Of a stretch of DNA of 64,000 nucleotides, positions 46,297 through 59,220 are shown one piece after another. The notes beneath the pieces are model-generated. The model saw nothing but the letters and a program-made list of their open reading frames with translations, did no database searches and had not been told where the DNA came from. Both the position numbers and the translations under genes were made by a program. Source of the stretch: the human T2T-CHM13v2.0 reference genome, Homo sapiens; assembly GCF_009914755.1 (NCBI RefSeq), contig NC_060943.1. The stretch is one strand, 5' to 3'. How positions within the stretch are numbered: the stretch's first letter is position 1; the number at the start of each line of letters is the position of its first letter.

Positions 46297-46755
46297 CTGG
46301 GCAGGACAGGGAGCGAGGGGCATGGATCAGACCCAGGCTGTTCTCCCTCTGGGCCAAGAGTCTGTCTATGACCTGTGCACTGGCCTTCTCATCCTATCGT
46401 TCACCGCATCCACCTCCCCATCACCTTTTAGCCCCGCTTCCTGCTCTGGGACCCAGGCTGTCAGCCTCAAAACCCAAATGTTCAGTCATTCCAAGGCCCA
46501 GGCGTCTGGTCTGCCTCCTTAAGGGGGTCAAGAGGACAGCCCATCCCTCTCAGGGGTCAAGGCATCAGGTTCCCCAGCCTATGCCCCCTTAGGGTCTTTC
46601 TGCCTTCACCCCCACCATTTCCTCTTTGGGGACCATGTTATTCTCACCCCCATGCTCTGTGAGGACCCTGGCATCTGGTTCCCAGCCCCAGCCCCTTGGA
46701 TGCCTCAGGGACTGGGTCCCCCACCCCAGCCCTTCATGGCCTGAATCAGGAGCAC

Positions 46756-46923
46756 CTGGTGGATTTCCTGCCAGCCGTTCTCATCAGCTATGCCCAGCTG
46801 GGCCCTGTTGAACAGGAGCAGCTCGCAGCATCGGGGGTCACCACCCACCATGGCCGTGTGGAACAGAGGGGTCAGCCCCCGACGGTCCTTGTAGTTGGGG
46901 GAACCCCCAAGGTCCAGGAGCGC
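46756..46923 (-). CDS. SHANK1: SHANK1 exon 7 (ALLDLGGSPNYKDRRGLTPLF...WQEIHQ; ankyrin)
   Basis: CCTAG|GCG acceptor, CAG|GTGCTC donor, 168 nt. Confidence 0.95.
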
Positions 46924-48606
46924 CTAGGAACGGAGAGAGAACCCAGTAGAAAAACACAGATGACAGTCACACATTAACCAGCTCATTCTGAAGGGCCAGG
47001 GGGACTGGACCGTCCTGGGTGACCTACAGTGGCCAATGACAGTCTCAGTTCTGCCGTGATGCCCTTGTGCAACCTTGAGCCTGGCCCTTTCCCTCCCTGG
47101 GCCACTCTGATTCCGTGTGAACAATGTGGGACTTGGGTAGATGCCTCCAGAGGACACTTGCACTCTGACATCCCACCCAGCCTTCCCCCTGGGGGCGATC
47201 TTGGATGAGCCATTGAAAGACATTAGGGGCCACAGTACCCACCCATTCCACTTCCTACAGGTGGGTTGTTGGGGACAAGTGAGAGGACAGAGTCTGGATG
47301 CTGGAGGGTCTCTGACCAAGTGGGAGGTGTTATTAGGTCCAGGATCTCAAAGAAGGGGCACAGCAGGAAGCCAGGGGACAGGTAAGCTTGGGTAAGGGCA
47401 AGGATCGGGCCGGCCTCACTGGGGCTGGAGGCCACTTCCTGCCCCCACTTGAAGGACAGCTCTGGGTGTGGAAGGCTGGCAATAATGAACATTAATAGGA
47501 GAAAGTCTTGGCAGCAACCTCGTGTGAGGACAGCCTGTAGCAGTGCCACCCAACAGAACGTTTCCCCCATCATGGGGATGGTCTGCAACTGCACCACCCT
47601 ATATGGCAGGCACGTGTGGGCCCCTGAGCACTTGAACGTGGCTAGTGAGCCTGAGGAACTGAAATTTTAATTTTACTTCATTCTATTTAATTTAAATTTA
47701 AACAGCCCCAGGTGGCCAGTGGCTACTGGCTTGGATAGCGCAGGTCTGGAGGCTGGGAGGGGCGTGTGTGAGCAGGATGTGGGTTTGGGGGTGAGTGTGC
47801 ATGGGAGATACATGAAGAGGATCTGTTAACTCCAGGGGTATACTGCAGATCTTTGTGGCTGGCATCTGACTGCATTAGGGGCTCTTCAGGAAAGCATCTG
47901 AGGGAGAGAAGGGAGGGGCCGTTTAGCTGGAGCAGCTGTGCGTCGGGGTGCTTCTCAATGGCTGTCTTTGGGGGCAGCCCATCCTGACCCTCATGTGAAG
48001 AGCAATCAGGTGTCCTGGCGGGGGCAGGGGGAGAAGAGTATTTTAAAATTAGACTGTGCAGCTGCCGCTGTGTATGTATTTTGTGGGTGTATGGGTTTGT
48101 CTATTTGGGAAAGTGCATTTGAGGCTGTGTACGTGGGGAAGGGGCTGTATTTGCATGTGAGAGAGGAGGGAGGGGAGCTGGTGCAGTGCTGGTTTGGAAG
48201 GGTAGCTGGGGGGCTGTTTTCAGGGTGTGTGTGGAGGGGCTCTATCTGGGGGCATAGCAGGGAGCTCACTTCGTATTTTAAGGAATGAGAAGGGTTTACA
48301 CCTTGGGGAGACAGAGGCAGATTTGGTATTAAGCTGGGCCACAGGGGATGGAGACGTTCTGGGTGTTTAGGGGAGGAGGCCGTGCCCGGGTCTGTGTGAT
48401 GTCAGCTATAGCCCAGGTGGGTGCATCTGGGGGGCCTGACAAGGGTGACAATAGGGGCTGGGTCTCAGTCTATGGAAAGGGGCTTTGAACTGGGGACATG
48501 AGAGGGCCTATTTTTAACTGAAACCAAAGAACTGAGGTTTGAGAAAGAACAAAGGGAAAAGGAGAGAGGGCCCCATGGCGGGGATGGGGGGTCCCCGAAG
48601 CCTCAC

Positions 48607-48758
48607 CGTGAGTGCCAGGCAGTGTCGGGCGCATGCGGCCTTATGCAGTGCGGTCATGCCATCCCGGGCCCGGAAGTCAATGTGGGCCCCGCCCAGGCAC
48701 AGGGTTCGAATCACCTCTACAGAGCCTTCGGTCTGGGCCGCCAGTGTCAAGGGGGTCT
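48607..48758 (-). CDS. SHANK1: SHANK1 exon 6 (ETPLTLAAQ...GMTALHKAACARHCLALT; ankyrin)
   Basis: TTCAG|AG acceptor, ACG|GTGAGG donor, 152 nt. Confidence 0.95.
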
Positions 48759-48990
48759 CTGAAGGGCGGGAAAAGCTGGTCACATGAAGCCCCTTCTCCT
48801 CCCCTCCATCCCTTCCCATTTTCCAGGCTCTGCAGCTCTCCACCCCACAGCCTCTGGCCCCGTGGCCTCCCCCTTGGACAGCAATGTGTTTGGGAGACAC
48901 CAGTCAGGAATGGATGTGAATGCAGATGGCACCCCTGCTCCCCAGCTCTGTCCTGGCCCTGAGGTCCTCCTGATGCGCACCCCTCCCTAC

Positions 48991-49099
48991 CTCCCGAATC
49001 CGAGTCATGGTAATTGGGGTCCAGCCCCTTGTCCAGCAGCCGCGCCACCTTGTCAGATGTCCCGAGCTGCACATACTCCAGGAACTTCTTCAACCCCGT
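48991..49099 (-). CDS. SHANK1: SHANK1 exon 5 (TGLKKFLEYVQ...YHDSDSG; ankyrin region)
   Basis: CTTAG|ACG acceptor, GAG|GTAGGG donor, 109 nt. Confidence 0.95.
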
Positions 49100-49246
49100 C
49101 TAAGCCATGGGCAAAGAGAGAGAAGACAGGACAGTCAGGAGCAAGGCAGAGAAGCAGGGTCCTCAAGCAGCGACGTCCAGTGAAAATATACGTGGAGTCA
49201 CATACGCCATTGAAAAGCTTCTAGCAGCCTCCTTTACAGAGAAAAT

Positions 49247-49520
49247 ACCCAGCCCTTTGGGAGGCCGAGGCGGGAGGATCACTTGGGCCCAGGGGTTCGA
49301 GACCAGCCTGAGCAACAAAGTGAGACCCTTATCTCTACAAAAAATGCAAAAAACTAGCCAGGTTGTGGTGGCACACGCCTGTAGTCCCAGCTACTCGGGA
49401 GGCTGAGCTGGAAGGATCCTTTGAACCCTGAAAGGTTGAGGCTGCAGTGAGCCATGATTGCACCACTGCAGCCCGGGTGACAGAGCAAGACCCCGTCTCA
49501 AAAAAAAAAAAAAAAAAAAA
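49247..49520 (+). mobile_element. Alu (J-like, 5' truncated)
   Basis: Alu consensus with A-tail, SHANK1 intron 4. Confidence 0.9.
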
Positions 49521-50468
49521 TCAGGGTGGTTGGGGGTGAAGTGTTAGTTGTGTTGAAATTCGTGTTAATGATATATGTTATTTAACTGATATAGCTACAA
49601 TGTTACTGTTTCAACAGGTAATTGAGATGAAAATTATTAATGAGGTTATTTAACTTTTTTTTGGTACTAAGTCTTTGAAACCCAGTGTGTATTTCACACT
49701 CACAGCGAGTCTTAGTTGGGACCAAACACACTGCAAGCACTCAGGAGCCACACTTGGCCAGTGGTTCCCAAAGTGGACCGTGAAAGTCTGGAGGGATGGA
49801 ACATTTAGGGGAGGAAAGAGTTCAATGCATGCTGTGGTGGGGAGAGGGTAGACAAGGAGGGACTGGGAGTTTTTCCTTCTCAAGGATCAAGAGTTCTTCA
49901 TTTCTGACCAAAGCAGTTCCCGATTTCCTCCCAGCTCTCACCATCGAGACACAGGACAGACAGGGGCTGAGGACTGGCGGGCAAGGTACCAGGAGGACAG
50001 ATATGGCTGGAAAGGGGGGTGTAATGGTTGGATTTTGCAGAGATTCAGGCTATGAGGTTGGGAGAAATGTAGCCTGTCTTTGAAATAGACTCTAGGCAGA
50101 AGGACCTTCAGTGTCAGGGTCCTAGGCCAAGGTGGGGAAGTAAAGAGGCCTTGGATGGATATGGGGGGAGGCAGGGGAAGAGAAGGGAGACTCAAAGGAG
50201 GCCAGGTGGGAATGATGTGGGCCCAGGCAGAGGGATGAAGGGCAAAAGAGGAAAGTAAGAAGGGGTTGTGATGGGGATAATGGGGGGTATTTGTGGTTGT
50301 CTCAAATGTGGTACAGCATCCCAAGTTAAGCGGGGGCAGTGGCCAGAGGGATCGCTGGCTTGGGGAATGTGGAGGTCTATTGGGAAGAGGTGGGGAGAGA
50401 AAGTGGTTGGGTAGGGGGCTCCAGTGGTAGGGGGCTATAGGGGATAGATGCCAGCAGGGTTTTCTCAC

Positions 50469-50540
50469 CTTCGTGTGCAACTTGGCCAGCTGCTTCTCAT
50501 CCAGGTTGGTCTGTTTGTAAACTCGGGTCTTGTATCGGAA
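50469..50540 (-). CDS. SHANK1: SHANK1 exon 4 (FRYKTRVYKQTNLDEKQLAKLHTK)
   Basis: CTCAG|TTC acceptor, AAG|GTGAGA donor, 72 nt. Confidence 0.95.
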
Positions 50541-51084
50541 CTGAGGTCAAGGGTAGGGTAGTGAGAGAGACACAGAGACTTGGAATCAGGGGCCTGGGGA
50601 GAAGGCTTGGGGTAGGGGAAGGTCTGATCCCCTTCTAATTCCCCGGGGTAGCTCAGGGTGGGAGTGAAAACAGCCCTGGAACCTTGGTCTAGGCGGTAGA
50701 TGGGTGGCAGTGGCTTTTCCGACAGTGCTGGGTATTATGGTATATGTGCACTGCAACCCCTGCCTTGAAGGAGGAGGAGTCTGGACCCCACAGGGAATGT
50801 TCTAGAGTGCCTACTGTAATTGGGAATCCTCCCCCAATTTGATGGGTGAGGAGAAGCTTGGGGCAGGAAAGTGACTTGGCCAAGGCCACTTAGCTGGTCA
50901 GAAGCAGAACAGATGGTAATTTGAACTCAGGACTCTCTGACTTCCCTGTGATGCTTAGAAGGTCTGGACTCGCACACTGGGTGCCCCCTCGTTAAGGTTT
51001 CGAGTGTGTTAAAAAGTGGGTGGGGGGCAGATGTGTTTTAGGGCATGCCTTCTCTTATCAGTGAAGGAGTTGGGGAAGCTTCAC

Positions 51085-51288
51085 CTCCAGGTAGGGGACC
51101 CCCTTCTCAAAGGACTGGGGGTACTCCCGCAGCAGCCTCTCCTCCTCCAGGAAGTTGGCATCGCGGCCGGAGGTGGCCGGTTGGAACAGGCCATAGTTGA
51201 GCACATCCTGCAGGCTCTCGCTCAGGGCACAGAGCACCTGCTGCTTGGCCGTCCAGATGGTGGCATCGGGGTTGAAGCGAAGGCATTT
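51085..51288 (-). CDS. SHANK1: SHANK1 exon 3 (SPN domain, KCLRFNPDATIW...VPYLE)
   Basis: AACCAG|AAA acceptor, GAG|GTGAAG donor, 204 nt. Confidence 0.96.
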
Positions 51289-51474
51289 CTGGTTGGGGAA
51301 GAGATAGGGGCTAGGGTGGGCCAGGGGCCAGAGGAGAGCCTGAGGTGGGTTGGGAAGTGAGCCAGGAGCTGAGTGTGGGGGTGATTCCTGGGAGGATACC
51401 CAGCACCAGTGGACTCCCCATGTCGGTTGGGGCACTGTCCCTCTCCTGCCGCTGGCCAGTGGGCAGGTACTCAC

Positions 51475-51729
51475 TGTCTGGTGCAGGTCCGGGATGCCAA
51501 TCCTGAAGACCATCATGCTGAAGTGGGCGTCGTCTGGGACGGACATTGAGCGGCCCTGGAGGCCTCTAACAGAGGCCAGGCTACCAGGTGCCCCACTGCC
51601 CTGGCCCCGGGTCCCCCGGGGGCCTCGACCTGGCCCGTCTGGGGAGCTGTCGGACTCTGAGCCCCCCTCGGGACACTCGCTGGCACTGTGGCGTTCCTCG
51701 TCCTCGCTTGTCGCGGGGCTGTGGGTCAT
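51475..51729 (-). CDS. SHANK1: SHANK1 exon 2, coding part (exon starts at 51772; 43-nt UTR); MTHSPAT...PDLHQT
   Basis: Acceptor CCCTGCAG|CC, donor ACA|GTGAGT, 255 coding nt; ORF 51058..51729. Confidence 0.96.
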
Positions 51730-52999
51730 TGTGGGGCCACGGGGCGACGGGGGACGGCAGCATCACAGGCGGCTGCAGGGGCCAAGGGCGGCCATCAGAC
51801 TAGGAGCCCGGGACCCCTCAGAGGCCGCAGGCGCTATTCGGTGGTCAAGCGGTCAAGGGCAGCCTACCCCCACTGCCCAAGATAGGCAGGAAGGAGGCTG
51901 GACACACCCTCGGCCTGCACGGCCTCCCCTGCCGCCTCCTCCCACGCTGGCACGCACACACCCCTGTCCCTGACATGCTTCTGGCATGTGTCTCCTTCCC
52001 TGCCCTTGGCCCCGCTTGCAGCCCGCCCCCTGCGCCCCACTTTGCTGGTGACCCAGCGTGGCCGTGTCCCAGAAACCGCAGAATCACCGCGGGAGCTACT
52101 GGCCCACTTTGCCAGGCCACAGAAAATGCAGCTAAAATTAGCTAAGGACAGACAGGTGGACAAACTGACAGGCATCCTGCCCTCCTGGCCCCAGCCTGGC
52201 CCCTCATCCCAGGGCCGGGGGGTGGGGTTGGGGAGAAGCTGAGGCTGACACTGAGATGTAGTAAGGGGGAGAGGGAGGTGTGGTGAGCCTGGAGCGGGTG
52301 GAGCTGGTGACTTCACTCAAGTGTGGCTGACAACGCGTGGCATGCCGAATAGTGCTGGGGAATCTGCCGTCCCAGGGGAGCAAGGGGCACTGAGATGGGG
52401 GTGTCATGGGCAGAGCATTTGGCCTAGGGTGTCCCCAAGGGAACCACAAGAGGTGGCTTTTGGAGACTGGGGCATCTTGAGAGGGTGTGTGGGTAGGTGG
52501 GGAGGTCGGCCTGGGGAGTGCTGTCCAGGTGACAGTGGTGTGGTGGCCCGGGTAGATGTGGGTGGCTGCAGATGACCTGTAGCTCTTTTCTAGGACTGCA
52601 GGGTGGGTGGGCTGGCTTGCTGGGTACTAGGGGCTCCACTCTGAGGACTGGGGGTGTTAGGAGGGAGGCTAAGAAGTGAGAGGAGGGTCTGGGGAACTGA
52701 GTGGGGGATCATCTCTAGATCCTTGCTGTTCTCCCTTGAGGTGGCCTTATGAGGGTGGAGCCCCTTCCAAATGGGGTCCGCCTCCCTTCTGTTCTCCCCC
52801 AACTCCCACCCCAGCACCGGAAACCAGAATGTCTGGTCTGGTCCCTCCCCCCAACACCAGGCCCGGTTCCTGCACCGTTGCCATGGAGATGGGAAGCAGT
52901 GGAGGGTACTGCTGACTTTGGGGGAGTGGGGATGGGCTGGGGGGTTGGGAAAGGGAAGACTAAATGTGTGTGGTGGGAGGAGAGTTCCAGGAGGTGTGG

Positions 53000-54800
53000 G
53001 CGAGCGAGCCTCTAACCCAGGGCCGGCGGACCCCTCCCCCACGCGCGGCAGCGCTGCGAAGCCCCCTCCCCCTCCAGGTACCCAGCCACGCCGCCCCACC
53101 TCGTCCCTGCGGAGACCCCGGCTGCCTCCTCCCTGCCCCGCCGCACAGCCCACCTCGCGATCTGGGGCCCGCAGACACTCCCCCTCGGCTGACCCTGGCT
53201 GACCCCCAGCCTCAACCCCGCTCGGAGGGGGTGGCCGGTGGGATGAAAGAAAAGCTGGCTAGGGCCCCCCGCGCGTACGGCTGCCCCAGCCCCCCCGGGC
53301 CGGCTCCGGCCCCTCCCCCTCAGGGCTCGCGGGAGGGAGCGGGCACGCTCCGCCGGGGCGGCATGAATCAAACGCTCCGCGGCTAAGAATAGCTGGCACG
53401 CAGCTGGTACCGAGACGGGCTGAGGAATCGGCGAGGGGGGTGGTGGAGGACGCGAGAGAGGGGGTGCCCTGGGAGGCTGTGGGGGGACAGGGGGCGGCTG
53501 GCGTGGCCGAGAGCGGGGCCGGGGAGAATGAATGGAGGCGGAGGGAGGCGGGGAGGGGCGGGGAGAGAGAGCCGGAGCCGAGGCTGGGAAACTGGTGGGG
53601 GAGAACCCGGCCGGGGAGAGGGGCGGGGGGCACCGGGGAGCAGGAGTCGGGGGCGGGAGCCGAGGGGGCGCGCCGGCCGGCGGTGTAGGGACTGGAGACC
53701 TGGTGGGGACGCAGGGAGCTTGGACAGGGGTGGAAAGGGACTGGAGGAGCCTGGAAGGAGAAGCGGGAGCTGGAGGGGTCGAAAGGGGCGGAGGAGGCCC
53801 GGGCCTAGACCCTCGCTGGAGGGGAGTGGGGACCAGGGTGACCTGGCGGAGGGGCCCAGGTACGCCAGGGAGGGCGAGGCGGGGGAGTGGCCGGGCTGGG
53901 CGGGGAGGCGGGTACCAGGACCGAGCCCTTGGCCCCGGAGAGCCGGGAGGCGGGTTCGGGATAGGGGCTCTGCTGGCCGGGGGTGGGGGGCGCGCCCTCC
54001 CATCAAGGATGCGATCTGGGACGGGGCACCGGGGACCCGGGCGTAACCCAATTTGGTGTCGCCCAGGGCAACGCTCCCCACCTCACCCGTACCCCCAGCC
54101 GCACACCCAGGCCAGGAGCCCGGCGCCGGGCCAAGGACATCCGGGGCGCCCTCGCCCCCTCCCGCGGCCCCGGCCCCGCAGCTGCCCCAAACCCCCAGGT
54201 TCTCGACCCCCTTACCTGCCTGGCGGGGCTGCTGAGTCCCGGTCGGCGGCGCCCGCGGCCCCTCCCCCCTCCCCCCACCCCCCACCCCCCCGGAGACGGG
54301 GGACCCTCAGGCCATGCCCCACCGCCCCGGAGGGCGAGCGGGCCCGGGGAGGGGGCGGGCGGGGACCGGGGGGGAGGGCGGGAGGGCCGAGGACCTCACC
54401 CCCCCCGCGGGCCGGGCCTGGCCATCCGCAGAGCGCCCCCCCTTCCGCCGCGGCCGCCGCGCCCCTCCTCGCCCGCCCCCGGCTCGGTCCGGCCGGCTCC
54501 GGGCGCCGCGTCTCCGCCTGCTCTTCCTCCTCCTCTTCCTCGGGCCGCCGCCGCCGCCGCCCGCTCCGCGCCTCCTCTGCCACCCTTCTCGCTCTCTCGC
54601 TCTCGCTGTCTCTCCCTCACCCTGTCTCTCTCCCTCCCTCTCTCCCTCCCTCCCCTCCCTCCGCCCTCTCCCCTCCCTCCGGGAGCCGGCGGAGGAGACA
54701 TCGCCCCTCCCCGCGCCCCCAAACCTCGCCCATCCCCCACCACCGCCGGCTCCGCCCCCTACCCTTGCCCTCCCCCACCACTCCTCCCCACCTCCGAGTC
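53000..54800. promoter_or_regulatory. CpG island / main SHANK1 promoter
   Basis: Very high GC and CpG density, multiple GGGCGG boxes, surrounds exon 1. Confidence 0.88.
54216..54610 (-). other. SHANK1: SHANK1 exon 1 (non-coding 5'UTR); TSS approximate
   Basis: Strong donor GGCAG|GTAAGG at 54216/54215 inside a CpG island; splices to the acceptor at 51772. Confidence 0.8.
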
Positions 54801-57800
54801 CCCAAATCCTGACTCCGCCCCTGCTTGCTCCCATACCCCGAGGAAGGGGTCCTGCCCCCATAAGGTGCCCCCCCCCACACACCTCAGGACCACCCCCTCC
54901 CAGAGAGCTCCCCGCCGCCCTACACAGAGTGGGGCACAATAAATATTTGTTGCCAGACTCTACACCCCCAAATTTAAGTGTGAAGGCTATAGATTCCCAC
55001 CCTGTCCCCCCAAACACACACACACCCTTTCCATTTAAGCACTGGGTCAGGGCACACGTGGACATACCTGGGCCAGGCCACATTTCCCCAAGGCACAGGT
55101 GCATAGTCACCAGCTGTAACGGCACCTGCAGAGTCCCCACATACACACACTCTCCAGCGCATGCATGCCCAGACACAATGCACCTGGGGTACACAGCTAC
55201 AAACACACCCAGCTACATGCAGTTGTCACACCCCTGTGCCCGGGCACACACGCAGCACATGCACACATTTGCCCACCACACACGCACGTGCGCGCGCACA
55301 CACGCACACAGGCGTTCACCCCGGTATGCATGCCCAGATCTCTCAACACCAAAACGGAGTTACAGCACTGTAGAGACGTGTGCACGCCTTCCCATCACAC
55401 CCACCCACCGTGCTGTCCATTGCACTGGCTCGCACTCACCCGTTTACATGCCCAACACCGTGCCATCCTTCCCCTCCAGGATAGTTACTGCTGACATTCC
55501 TGGAGCACTTTCTGTGTGCCAGGCTCAGGGACTTTCGCCATCCCCATTTTCCAGAGGGGGAAACCAAGGAACAGAGAGGCTAAGTAACTTGCCCAAGGTC
55601 ATCCAGCTGTAAGGAGGTGGTAACAAGGATCAGGAACAGGTAGGCTGGCTCCAAAGTCCTCACTTGACAACTATGGTGCACTACTGGGCATATCCCCTCA
55701 TAGTTGCATATCCTTATTCATCACACACAGACACACCCAACCGTCTCCTCAGAGTTTGCACATGTCTGTGTAGGCACGCATATGCAGCCAGCTGCAGGCA
55801 GACAGCTCATTCATGCCTGGGACGCACCCACAGGGACAGAGCAGATCCCATAGGGCAGCAGTGAGTGGTGAGTGTCCCCTTAGCCCAGGCTTCCTCATTC
55901 TCCCAGCTCCAACAGCACCTCCAGGGCCTGCAGGGGGCAGTTCTAGGCAGCTTCTGGGTTCCCCTCCAGCTGCAGGCTCTCCGGGGTACCCGAGTATGAG
56001 CTGGAGGAGGTGCCTGCTCAGCCTGGGGAGGCCTCTATCTTGATGCGTACCCACTAGCCCAGGTGGTGAGCAGCTGGGCCCGGGGAAAGCACAGCTGCCC
56101 ATGTTGGCTCCAGCAGCCAGAGAGGCTGTGCACCCCTGCACACTTTACAAGGCCTTTCCCCACATACGCATTATTTCTTGAGGTCTGTAGCTCCTGGTGA
56201 GGGGCCCCAGGTTCCCGATGGGCACCTGAGAGGCCCAGGCTCTGAGGCAGGGAGCAGTCTGCCCAAGGTCACAGTGCCCTCGATGTACCAGGATTTCTTG
56301 GAAAACGGAAGGCTGGAGGCACTGATTTCCAAGGCCCCTCCTGGGGCTCCCGGCAGCCGAGGGCAGATGCCCTGCTCTTGGAGCCAGAAACCTTGGCTAG
56401 CTGCCGCCACACTGGTGACCTCCAGCAGGCTATGCTGTTTCAGAGCCTCGGTCTCCTCCTTTGAAGAGCAGGCCCAGTGATCCTTGGCTGGTGTGCCCCA
56501 TGCTTGTTGGCACCACCAGCCAGGCCTGGGCGGGAAAAGCCCTGCATGACTCATGGGCCTGACATAGAGGGGCATGGCATGGCATTGTTCTTCCTTGCCT
56601 CCAAGCCTCTCTCCCACTGCCCTCACCACCTCTACCTACCCTGCCACCACCACCCTGGGAACTTGGGTGCCAGCAAACCAAAGAGGTGAAGCTTCCAGGC
56701 CTTTGACCCCACCAGGAACGGCTACCCTCTCGCCCACTCAACAGGTTGATTGAACACCTACTATGTGCTAGGTAGGCCTTGTGCTAGGAGATGCATCAGT
56801 GCATAAAAATCCCTGCTTTCATTGGCAGGGAACAGACATAAACAAACAAGATCATGCCAGTCTTGATTATACCAAAAAGATGAAATGGGGCATTTTAATA
56901 AAGTAACTTGCGGAATAGATAAGGTGGTTGGGGAAGACCTCCTGGAGCTGAGACCTCGATGATGAGAAGGAGCTGGGGAAAGAGGCTTCTAGAAGGAGGA
57001 AAGGGCTAGTGCAAATGCTCTGAGGTTGTAATCAGCTTAGTATTTGGGGATGAGCCAAGAGGCCAGGGAAGGTGGAGGCTGGGGGTGGGTGAAGGGAGTG
57101 GGGGTGATGAGGCTGCAGAGGTGCAAAGGGTTCTTCCTTCCCAGCCCCCAGCATGGTAGGCTGCGCTGAGGACTGAGGCCCGGGCTTGGCTTCCCTCCTG
57201 CTTATGATGGGAAGGTGGGGGAGCAGGGGAGTGGGGAGTGATGTGATCTGATTTATGGTTTGGAAGGATTGCTTTGGCTGCGGCAAGCAGCCGGGATTGG
57301 AGGGGCTCAGGAGGAAGGAGGGGGAGGGCGAGACTGCAGTGGTCCAGGCTGAAATGAGGTGGCTTGCTGAATGCTCAGAGCTCCTTGAGCACACAACCTA
57401 GCGTCTGTCGATTTCACCTCCTGGAGAAACCTTCCCTGACTGCTCCGCCAGACTCCTCACCCTCTCCCATCTCCAGCCCCCTCATCCCCGGAGCTATCTG
57501 GCTGCTGGTCTGCAAGCAGCTGGAGTCCCCAGCATCACCCAGCCCACAGCCTGGCCTGCAGGAGGCTTCTAGTAAAGTGGCCAATTAATCCCCGAGCCCC
57601 GTCTTCCAGGGTCATGCACACAGTCACACGCGTGCTCTTCACATGTGTCACCCTGCCCCCACACACACTCACTTGGATCTCCAGACAAGGGCTTGGAGGG
57701 TAGGATGGGCAATCTAGGGGGCAGGAGGGGCCCTGGAGTCTCCTCCATTGAGTGTGCAGGCGATGGTGGCCACAGGGTAATAACAACCTCAGCGAGATCC

Positions 57801-58336
57801 TGAGGTCTGCCCCTCCTTAGGAATGGCCAGGCAGGGAAGAAGGGAGCAGTGCTCGGTCCCAGCATCCCACCACTGCCGAGATGGTTCTGAGCGGGTTCCT
57901 GGGCTGAGGCCGGGGCCTGTGTTTTCCAAGATTCCTTGGAGAGCCAGCTCCATCCTCTTCCTGATTATCTGATCTTTGGGCTACAGCAGAAGGAAAGAGC
58001 AGGGCGGAAGCGAGCTCTGGAAAGTGGAAAGAGGAGGGTGTGCGAGGAGACCCAAGGCGGGATCTAGGCTTTGGAACGTTGGAGGTTTCCGGCCACAGAG
58101 GCAGGGCCTCCGGGGAGCCAAGAGGGGCGGGGAGAGACACACAGAGAGAAGCAGAGGAGACCAACGGACCGGACAGAGACGAGGAGAGGAACAGGAAGAG
58201 AGAAGCTGGGAGAATCGGGAACCTGGGGGCTAGTGACCTGCACACAGGGCAGGGGCACTCGGCAGTTCCCAGAGGCCACCCCTCCCACCCCAGACATCCA
58301 GACATCTGGAACTTTGGGTGCCAAGAGTCCAGCTTA

Positions 58337-58483
58337 ATGCAGGCAGCCTGGCTTTTGGGGGCTTTGGTGGTCCCCCAGCTCTTGGGCTTTGGCCATGGGG
58401 CTCGGGGAGCAGAGAGGGAGTGGGAGGGAGGCTGGGGAGGTGCCCAGGAGGAGGAGCGGGAGAGGGAGGCCCTGATGCTGAAG
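58337..58483 (+). CDS. CLEC11A: CLEC11A exon 1, coding part (signal peptide [21 protein letters not shown]...ALMLK)
   Basis: ATG 58337, donor AAG|GTGAGC, 147 nt. Confidence 0.96.
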
Positions 58484-58715
58484 GTGAGCTCTGGAGTGTC
58501 AGGGAGCTATGGGTGGTGAACTGTGGGTCTGGGAGGGGGTATTGCAAGGTTAGGGAAATGGACAATGAGGAGCGATTGGGATAGTCTCAGAGGAGTGGGA
58601 GGGTGATGGGCTCAGAGACAGGACTCAGGCAGCAGAGAATGAGTTATGAGTTGGAAAGGGGTGAATGGGGCATCTTGGTGGCAGGCTGGGGCTCACCACC
58701 CCTCCCCTGCCCCAG

Positions 58716-58902
58716 CATCTGCAGGAAGCCCTAGGACTGCCTGCTGGGAGGGGGGATGAGAATCCTGCCGGAACTGTTGAGGGAAAAGAGGACTGGGAGA
58801 TGGAGGAGGACCAGGGGGAGGAAGAGGAGGAGGAAGCAACGCCAACCCCATCCTCCGGCCCCAGCCCCTCTCCCACCCCTGAGGACATCGTCACTTACAT
58901 CC
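58716..58902 (+). CDS. CLEC11A: CLEC11A exon 2 (RGD at 58749-58757, Glu-rich and PT/PS tract)
   Basis: CCCAG|CAT acceptor, TCC|GTGAGT donor, 187 nt. Confidence 0.96.
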
Positions 58903-59220
58903 GTGAGTAACCAGAAGCCCTCACCCCCAAACTCCTAGGCCGCCGCGGTCACTTTCGCAAAAATGAAGGGTCGGTTCACTGCCAAGTGGCCTTTCAGTTG
59001 TCCATTGCCCAGCCCAGAGCCCCCACACCCCTAGGAGCCCCAGGTCCACGGCCATGCCTCCTAAAGGCCTGGGCCACTCGACCCTACCTTCCAGGAGTCC
59101 GGGGTGCCCCCCCCACCGCCACCCCGCCCTCAGGAGCCCTAGATCCCAGTTCTCCAGGTCCTCAGGCCCCCCGCTGCATCTCCAGGCTCCCCCTCCAGCA
59201 TGATCCCTGTCTGTCCGCAG

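Noticed and set aside
53383-55612. 300-432 aa ORFs across the SHANK1 promoter island (similarly 30339-31364)
   Set aside because: Pro/Arg/Gly-rich with no recognisable domain; stop depletion explained by GC content and CA-rich sequence
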